32,000 nucleotides of DNA from Demequinaceae bacterium (GTDB taxonomy: Bacteria; Actinomycetota; Actinomycetes; Actinomycetales; Demequinaceae). This document shows, one piece after another, positions 25,570 through 32,000 of this stretch (positions are counted from its first letter, which is position 1; each line of letters opens with the position of its first letter). The stretch is taken from NCBI GenBank assembly GCA_965250005.1, contig OZ252279.1, positions 1,620,001 to 1,652,000 of the forward strand. The letters are read 5' to 3'. Made by a program: the position numbers and the translations under genes. The notes beneath the pieces are model-generated. The model worked only from the letters and a program-made list of their open reading frames with translations, was not told where the DNA came from and made no database searches.

Positions 25570-26369
25570 GTGCCGACCGCGTCTTCCACGGGCGTCGGCG
25601 TCGCCGGTTCAGGGACGATCGTGCCGAGCCCAATGCCAGCGAGGGCGCCCAACAACACGTTGAGGCCGTACGGCAGGTCGCGTGCGATGACAACGACGGC
25701 CACCGCCACCACCGCCGCGACCAATGCGGGGCGCGTTCGCAGGTGCGGAAATAGCACTGAAATGAACATGAGCGGCACGATGAAGCCGATCTGCCATGCG
25801 GCCGGCAAGACTGGCCCGAGCAGCACGCCTGCGACGGTCCCGAGCACCCACGTCGTTGCGAACGGCAAGCCCGCGCCAAGCGCGAACCAGCGCCGACGCA
25901 CAGGGTCGGGCCACGCATCGGTGTGGTGAAGGATCGTCACGGCCGCCTGGTCAGTCATGACGTGTGCCAGTCCATAGCGCCAGCGTCGCGGGAACGCCTG
26001 GAACACCGGGGCGAGCGCGGTTGAGTACAGGGCGAAGCGCGCGTTGATCACCAAAGCGGTGAAGATCGCGATTGCCGCAGGGGCGTCGGCGCCGAGCTGT
26101 TCGATTATGGCGAACTGGGACGCGCCGGCCACGACGGTGGCGGAGGCGAACGGGCCAACCCACAGGTCGATACCTGCCGCGGGGATGAGTGCTCCGAACG
26201 CGAGTCCGAAGATGACCGAGCCGGGGATCAGCGGGGCGATCGCCTTGGTGCCTGACCAGAAGTCGCGCGATTGTCGGCGTCCAATGCCAAGTCTCGACGC
26301 GCGCGGGGAGGCGGAGGAGTCGGTCACCAACTCATTACAGCACGCGCACGCGGGTCCGGGTTCGGCCAA
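25566..26369 (-). CDS. azlC: AzlC family branched-chain amino acid permease
   Basis: GTKAIAPLIPGSVIFGLAFGALIPAAGIDLWVGPFASATVVAGASQFAIIEQL, MTDQAAVTI. Confidence 0.9.
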   Translation of the reverse strand: MAEPGPACACCNELVTDSSASPRASRLGIGRRQSRDFWSGTKAIAPLIPGSVIFGLAFGALIPAAGIDLWVGPFASATVVAGASQFAIIEQLGADAPAAIAIFTALVINARFALYSTALAPVFQAFPRRWRYGLAHVMTDQAAVTILHHTDAWPDPVRRRWFALGAGLPFATTWVLGTVAGVLLGPVLPAAWQIGFIVPLMFISVLFPHLRTRPALVAAVVAVAVVVIARDLPYGLNVLLGALAGIGLGTIVPEPATPTPVEDAVGT

Positions 26370-26381
26370 CCTAGCGCAGGC

Positions 26382-27269
26382 CTACGGGCAGGCCTCGCCT
26401 TCGCCGTCTAGTGCGAGCCGGTGCACCAACAGGCTCAAACCTAGTTCTCTGGCGGGTGCGCACATGGTCGACAGCGATGCGCCGTCTTCGATGTATTCGA
26501 CAAGCAGCACCGGCTTCCCGGCCTCGACGAATCCCACAAACGCATCGCAGAAATCATGGGTCAGGCACTCCTCGACGACGGCCAGGTCTGCGGCGCCGAG
26601 GACGCGGTCGGCAATCTCGGGTGAGTTCTTGAGCGCAATCGCGAGGCCGCGCGCGTGAGCTTGCTCCGATAGCCACACGAACGCGCCGGCACTGTCGTCC
26701 TCCGTCAGCCCGAAGCCCGAAGGATTCGAATAGGCGTCCATGTTGTCGGGGTCCACCGCGTCAAAGCCGGCGGCTGCGCACGCGTCCAAGCGTGCGGCCC
26801 ACAGCGGCCCCAGCGCGGCGAGGTCGCGAAGATCGACGTAGCGCTCGCCGGGCCAGTCGTCCAGTTGCTCCCCGAGCACACTCTCGGGGTAGTCGCTCGC
26901 GTCGGGCCGCCAGTCCTCCCACGAGCCGGCCGAGAAGTAGCAGACGGTGTACGCGCCTGCCTCATTGAGTTGCGTCACTTGGTGCGCGGGCACTTGCCAG
27001 TCAACCTCGACAATCTGAGCTCCGGTGGCCAGCGGTACGCCGCCGTCCAGTTGGATCTGCCAACTCGCTCCGGGGCCGGGCGGCGCGGCGAACATGGAGG
27101 TGGGGCCCGTGCGCCTGTCCGGTGAGCCCTGCGGATCCGGAAGCCTGGGTTCAGTAATGACCTCGGCGTCGACGAGGCTGTTCACCCAGACGTAGCCGAC
27201 CGCGATCACTACGCTCACCGCGACCAGCGCGCCGGCGAATCCCATCCGCGCGGTTCGACTCGAAGACAT
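26382..27269 (-). CDS. Glycoside hydrolase family 114-like (endo-alpha-1,4-polygalactosaminidase-like) secreted/anchored protein
   Basis: ASWQIQLDGG, VDWQVPAHQ, YTVCYFSAGSWEDWRPDAS, WPGERYVDLRD, GFDAVDPDNMDAY, IALKNSPEI; N-terminal TM. Confidence 0.82.
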   Translation of the reverse strand: MSSSRTARMGFAGALVAVSVVIAVGYVWVNSLVDAEVITEPRLPDPQGSPDRRTGPTSMFAAPPGPGASWQIQLDGGVPLATGAQIVEVDWQVPAHQVTQLNEAGAYTVCYFSAGSWEDWRPDASDYPESVLGEQLDDWPGERYVDLRDLAALGPLWAARLDACAAAGFDAVDPDNMDAYSNPSGFGLTEDDSAGAFVWLSEQAHARGLAIALKNSPEIADRVLGAADLAVVEECLTHDFCDAFVGFVEAGKPVLLVEYIEDGASLSTMCAPARELGLSLLVHRLALDGEGEACP

Positions 27270-27389
27270 GGCGCCAGTCAACCACGGGAACAATATGCGG
27301 GCCCCGAGCGCTAAACACGGTGCCCCGTCACGGCGAGAGCCGCGCGGCCCACACCTCCCTTACTCTGGGAGGGCTGGAAGGAGCATCAG

Positions 27390-27788
27390 ATGCCCACGAT
27401 TGACCGAACCGAAGATGAGTGGCGCGCAATCCTCTCGGACGACGAGTTCCGCGTACTGCGTGAGCACGGCACCGAGCCCGCATTTACGGGTGAGTTGCTC
27501 GACAACAAAGACCCGGGTATGTATCAGTGCAAAGGGTGCGGAGCCGATCTCTTCAAATCGGGGACCAAGTTTGACTCTGGGTCGGGATGGCCTAGCTTCT
27601 ACGAGTCTGTCGACCCGGACGCCGTGATTCTGACGCAGGACTCGAGTTACGGGATGGTGAGGACGGAGATCCAGTGCGCGGCGTGCGAATCTCACCTGGG
27701 ACACGTCTTTCCCGACGGTCACGGCACCCCTACTGGCGAGCGCTACTGCATCAACTCCGCCTGCCTCACGTTCCAAGAGAACGAGTAG
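27390..27788 (+). CDS. msrB: Peptide-methionine (R)-S-oxide reductase
   Basis: Zn-binding CxxC pairs, FDSGSGWPSFYE, HLGHVFPDG, RYCINSACLTF. Confidence 0.97.
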   Translation: MPTIDRTEDEWRAILSDDEFRVLREHGTEPAFTGELLDNKDPGMYQCKGCGADLFKSGTKFDSGSGWPSFYESVDPDAVILTQDSSYGMVRTEIQCAACESHLGHVFPDGHGTPTGERYCINSACLTFQENE

Positions 27789-27824
27789 GTCCTGGTGGGA
27801 GAACGACATTTTCGCAGGCCAGCC

Positions 27825-28424
27825 ATGCTCGACATGGAGGCCGCGGATCAACTCGTCGGGGACATCGACCCCGCCGACCGTAGCCTTGTCGCGCACGAGA
27901 CCGCGGCGGCGGTAGTCGCGCAGGTACGCGCATCGCAGGACCAGGCGTTGGTGGCCAAATTGATCGCGCTCGTTGACCAAGAGGGCATCGACACTGTCGC
28001 CATGATGTGGTCCAACGCCGAGGCACATACGCTGCCCGGAGCGCTCTGGCGCATCTACATGCTGCGCGAGTGGACCAAGGCCGACGCGGACGCCGTGGCA
28101 CGCTCGTTCCATCACGGCGTGGTCCGCGCCGAGGTGCGCGCCGCCATTGCGGGAGTCGAGGACCCACCGGGACCGGAGGAGGTGCGCGCGTTGGCAGACG
28201 AGGTGTTGTCCGGGGTATTCTCCGGCGATCTGGCCGGTGCGCTCGACCGTGCCGGCGCCTTCTGCCGAGTGGTTGCCACGGGTGCCGCGATCGAGGCCTC
28301 CTCGGATGAGGGCCACGCGGACGACCGTGCACACCAAACGTCGCTGCGCGCGGCGCAACTGCTCCGCACGGGCGAAGACCTGGAGCGGTGCGCCCAAATG
28401 TGGCGCGAAGATCGGCTTGATTGA
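27825..28424 (+). CDS. Conserved actinobacterial hypothetical protein
   Basis: ORF 27795..28424; MLDMEAADQLVGDIDPADRSLVAHETAAAVVAQVRAS... reads as a coherent soluble protein. Confidence 0.65.
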   Translation: MLDMEAADQLVGDIDPADRSLVAHETAAAVVAQVRASQDQALVAKLIALVDQEGIDTVAMMWSNAEAHTLPGALWRIYMLREWTKADADAVARSFHHGVVRAEVRAAIAGVEDPPGPEEVRALADEVLSGVFSGDLAGALDRAGAFCRVVATGAAIEASSDEGHADDRAHQTSLRAAQLLRTGEDLERCAQMWREDRLD

Positions 28425-28609
28425 ATTGTTATTAGGTGCCGCGGCGCCTTAGGAGTACCCTGAAAGTGACGTCGGACCGCGGCAGCCCCGGGCTCCAACT
28501 CAAGCCGCTTCGAGCGGCCTAAGCGCCGACTGGCGCTCCCGGTCCGATGTCAATCATGCGCCGGGGACCTTTCTCATTTCGCGCGTAAGACGCTGGTGTG
28601 AACCCCACA

Positions 28610-29575
28610 TCACTGCAGCAAGTGCGTCTCCACAGCAGCCACGCGAGGGCCCGCTTCAGTGTCCACGACGTGCGCGATCAACACGCCGCCGGCTGGCAGG
28701 TAGGGGTTCTTTTTTGGCAACTTGCCCCTAGTCCACTTGCGCATCGACATCGACACCATTTCGAGCAACGTTGGCATGGTGGGCCGGTGCACGCATACCA
28801 CCCGATTGCCGGACTTAGCGAGCAACTCAGCCAGGGTGTCTGCAGCCTTCTTGGGCTTGGAGGCGTGCGCCTCTTCCGTGAGCGATTTGTATGTTTTGGC
28901 TTTCTTGCTGATAGCCGCCGCGTACGGCTTCACCGTCATGAGGCAGCGAGCAGCGGGGGATGAATCTACGTAGCGAACACCGAACGCGGAGAACAGCGGG
29001 ATTAGATTCAGGGCGCGTCGGGCACCACCACTGGTGATCGGCCGCGCGAGGTCGTCCTGCTTCCAGGCAGATCGCTTCTTGGCTCGCGTGTGCCGCGCAA
29101 TGATGAATACGCGAGTGTCTAGCGTGTCATTCTGATGTGCCGCGACAAGCCGGTCGAGCGGTTTGAGGTCCGCCTTCATCGTGATTTTGGCGCGTGCCTG
29201 CTCGACCGTCATCCACCGGGTCTTGTCGATCTCGCGTTTGGGCGCCCGCTTCCAGTTGGGGCGGGCGAGCAGCGCGTGGTGCTCCTTCGAGACAACCTCA
29301 GCGGCCCAGTACTTGACCACCTTGGGGCGGCCGCTACGGAGCTTGTACCGGAGTGTGGGAAGAGACTGGCCCAGTTGAACCTGCTTACCCGTTTCTTCGT
29401 AGACCTCGCGTATCGCGCATTCGGGGAGGGTTTCGCCGCGGTGGATCTTCCCCTTGGGCCAGGACCAGTCGTTGTACGACGGCCGATGCACAGTGAGAAC
29501 CTGAAGTTCCCCATCGCGCATACGCCACACGAGCGCGCCAGCAGCGACCACCTCGCTGCGACGGATCCCTTTCAC
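28610..29575 (-). CDS. NUDIX hydrolase fused to histidine phosphatase-like domain (MutT1-like)
   Basis: [29 protein letters not shown] box; [13 protein letters not shown] (RHxxAxxR) phosphatase motif. Confidence 0.9.
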   Translation of the reverse strand: MKGIRRSEVVAAGALVWRMRDGELQVLTVHRPSYNDWSWPKGKIHRGETLPECAIREVYEETGKQVQLGQSLPTLRYKLRSGRPKVVKYWAAEVVSKEHHALLARPNWKRAPKREIDKTRWMTVEQARAKITMKADLKPLDRLVAAHQNDTLDTRVFIIARHTRAKKRSAWKQDDLARPITSGGARRALNLIPLFSAFGVRYVDSSPAARCLMTVKPYAAAISKKAKTYKSLTEEAHASKPKKAADTLAELLAKSGNRVVCVHRPTMPTLLEMVSMSMRKWTRGKLPKKNPYLPAGGVLIAHVVDTEAGPRVAAVETHLLQ

Positions 29576-31824
29576 TTGCCCTTGGCCCGTCGCTTGGGCT
29601 GACGCTTGATGTAGGTCTCCTGTACGTCCTTGAGGCGTTCGCCCTTGCTATCGATCAGGTCGCGCGTCCACGTACCCTCGGCGTCGAGCGCCCACGACGA
29701 GTATTTTGGGCTGATCGCCATGTCGATAGTTTCCAGAAGGGCCTTGATTTGATCCTCATCTACGATGCTGATGAGGGCTTCGACGCGGCGGTCAAGGTTG
29801 CGGTGCATGAGGTCCGCTGAACCGATAAACACGTCGGGCTCGCCCGCGTTGGCAAACGCGAAGATGCGCGAGTGCTCGAGGAACCGGCCCAGCACGGACC
29901 GCACGCGGATGTTGTCGCTCAGCCCCTTGACGCCGGGGCGGAGCGCGCAAATACCGCGCACCACCATGTCCACTTGAACTCCAGCCTGGCTCGCTCGGTA
30001 GAGCGCGTCCATGATCCGTTCGTCAACGATCGCGTTGGTCTTGATCTTGATCCACGCGTCCTCGCCGGCGCCCGCTCGCGCCGCTTCTGCCTCGATTCGA
30101 TCAAGGAGCCCCACCCGGACGTCCTTGGGCGCTACCAGCAGCCGGCGGAATTTGGCTTTGGGCGCGTAGCCGCTTAGTTGGTTGAAGAGCTTGGTTAGGT
30201 CCGCGCCGACCTCGGCGTCCGCGGTCAGCAGACCGTAGTCCTCATACAGTCGCGCGGTGCGCGGGTGGTAGTTACCGGTGCCGATGTGGCAGTAGCGCCT
30301 CAGTCCGTCGTCCTCCTGGCGGACCACCAGGGAGAGTTTGCAGTGGGTCTTGAGGCCCACGAGGCCGTAGACCACGTGCACGCCGGCCTGCTCGAGTTTG
30401 CGGGCCCACGAGATATTGCGCTCCTCGTCGAACCGTGCCTTGATCTCCACGAGCGCGAGCACCTGCTTGCCCGCCTTCGCGGCCTGGATGAGAGCGTCGA
30501 CGATCGGGGAGTCACCGGACGTCCGGTAGAGCGTCTGTTTGATCGCGAGCACCTTGGGGTCTCGCGCGGCTTGTGCGAGGAACGCCTGCACGGAAGTCGA
30601 GAAGGAGTCGTACGGGTGGTGCAGGAGGATGTCGCCGCGTGAGATCGCCTCGAACACGTCGCCGGCGTCGGCCGTTTCAACCGGAGAGAGCTGGTGGTGG
30701 GTCGTGGGACGGAACGCCTCGAATTGGAGTGCGGGACGGTCTAGGTCCGCAATCACGTTGAGGCCGGTCAGGTCGAGCGGTGACGGCAAGTGAAAGACGT
30801 CGGCCTCGGTGATGCCGAGTTCGCGCACCAGCAGTTCCCGGACGGCCGTGGAAAGATCTTCCGCCACCTCGAGCCGAACAGCCGGGCCGAAGCGGCGTCG
30901 CAGCAATTCCTGCTCCATGGCCTTGAGGATGTTCTCGGCGTCGTCTTCCTCGACCTCGACGTCTTCGTTGCGGGTTACGCGGAACGTGTAGTGGCTGACG
31001 ATTTCCATGCCGGGAAACAGGTATTCAAGTTGCGCGGCGATGACGTCCTCAAGCGGGACGAAGCTGCGCGGTCCCGTGTCCAGCGCGGAGGCATCGGTGA
31101 CCTGGGAGGCCTTGCCCTTGGCGTCGACGGCGAGGAAACGGGGAAGCGTCTCCGGAACCTTGACGCGCGCAAAGCGGTCCTTGCCGTTGTCTGGATCGCG
31201 CGTCTCGACTGCGAGGTTGAGCGAGAGGCCGGAGATGTATGGAAACGGGTGGGCCGGGTCCACGGCAAGGGGGGTGAGGACGGGGAAGATGTCCTGGCGG
31301 AAGAGGCGGCGCAGGCGGTCGTGCTCTTTGTCGTCGAGTTCGTCCCAGTGGACAATGTGGATGCCCTCCTCGTCTAGGCGCGGAAAGACTTGACCGGTGA
31401 AGATTTCGGAGTGACGGTTCATGAGTTCGTGGGCGCGTTCGGTGAGCGATTCAACCAGCCGCGTGGGGCTCATGCCGGTTGCGCTCGGTACCGCGAAGCC
31501 CGCCGCGATGCGACGCTTGAGGCCAGCAAGCCGCACCATGAAGAATTCGTCCAAGTTGGACGCGAAGATCGCGAGGAAGCGGGCGCGCTCAAGCAGCGGC
31601 GTCTGAGGATCCTCCGCCAATTCGAGTACGCGCTCGTTGAACGCGAGCCAACTGAGTTCGCGGTCGAGGAACCGGTCTTCGGGAAGCGCTACTTCACTGT
31701 CAGGGACCTTCGCCCCCGTGGACGATCGCACGCCCTTGGTGATCGTGGGCAACGCGAAGGTTTCGTCCGCATCGGGCTCCGTGACGGCGGCCTTCTTGGA
31801 CTTCGCTGCTCGGGCCTCGGACAT
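29572..31824 (-). CDS. ppk1: Polyphosphate kinase 1
   Basis: [73 protein letters not shown]. Confidence 0.97.
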   Translation of the reverse strand: MSEARAAKSKKAAVTEPDADETFALPTITKGVRSSTGAKVPDSEVALPEDRFLDRELSWLAFNERVLELAEDPQTPLLERARFLAIFASNLDEFFMVRLAGLKRRIAAGFAVPSATGMSPTRLVESLTERAHELMNRHSEIFTGQVFPRLDEEGIHIVHWDELDDKEHDRLRRLFRQDIFPVLTPLAVDPAHPFPYISGLSLNLAVETRDPDNGKDRFARVKVPETLPRFLAVDAKGKASQVTDASALDTGPRSFVPLEDVIAAQLEYLFPGMEIVSHYTFRVTRNEDVEVEEDDAENILKAMEQELLRRRFGPAVRLEVAEDLSTAVRELLVRELGITEADVFHLPSPLDLTGLNVIADLDRPALQFEAFRPTTHHQLSPVETADAGDVFEAISRGDILLHHPYDSFSTSVQAFLAQAARDPKVLAIKQTLYRTSGDSPIVDALIQAAKAGKQVLALVEIKARFDEERNISWARKLEQAGVHVVYGLVGLKTHCKLSLVVRQEDDGLRRYCHIGTGNYHPRTARLYEDYGLLTADAEVGADLTKLFNQLSGYAPKAKFRRLLVAPKDVRVGLLDRIEAEAARAGAGEDAWIKIKTNAIVDERIMDALYRASQAGVQVDMVVRGICALRPGVKGLSDNIRVRSVLGRFLEHSRIFAFANAGEPDVFIGSADLMHRNLDRRVEALISIVDEDQIKALLETIDMAISPKYSSWALDAEGTWTRDLIDSKGERLKDVQETYIKRQPKRRAKGK

Positions 31825-31903
31825 GACCCCATGGTGGCACGCGGTGACCCGGACCTTCTACCGGTGCACGCGTTCGCAACACGCACACCGGCTCTGGTGG
31901 TGC

Positions 31904-32000
31904 CTAGTCGTCGAGGATGAATGTCACCATCAGGTGAACGACGTACCCGGTGACCTTGCCGTCAGCGATCTCCACCTTCTGGTCTTTGACCCACGCTCCC
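31904..32000 (-). CDS. Dodecin-like protein, C-terminus (truncated at window end)
   Basis: Minus strand reads ...GAWVKDQKVEIADGKVTGYVVHLMVTFILDD*. Confidence 0.7.
   Translation of the reverse strand, partial: GAWVKDQKVEIADGKVTGYVVHLMVTFILDD

Noticed and set aside
25570-26658. Plus-strand ORFs opposite azlC and the GH114-like gene
   Set aside because: Antisense shadows of well-supported conserved genes.

Overview
High-GC actinobacterial (probably Microbacteriaceae-like) chromosomal window. It has three parts. (1) A Sec-signal-bearing giant RHS/YD-repeat protein (3489..11804, about 2771 aa) whose variable C-terminal tip resembles a CdiA-type RNase A-like toxin, followed by a 4-bp-overlapping CdiI-like immunity gene. 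Two further orphan, start-less toxin-tip/immunity cassettes lie downstream (12202..13966 and 14079..15260). They are joined to the RHS gene by in-frame, nearly identical linker repeats (about 896 bp and about 405 bp). This looks like a recombinational reservoir of silent toxin tips. (2) An apparent integrated island of about 8.84 kb, bounded by a 44-bp direct repeat of the 3' end of tRNA-Lys (16284..16327 and 25125..25168). It carries a PIN-domain protein, a small membrane protein, an excisionase-like HTH, a TOPRIM-like ORF and RepA-like ATPase separated by one in-frame TGA, a serine recombinase overlapping a tyrosine integrase, and a restriction-modification pair. (3) Ordinary core genes: AzlCD, GH114-like, MsrB, NUDIX/phosphohistidine phosphatase, PPK1 and dodecin-like. 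All family names come from motif recognition by eye; no database search was run.
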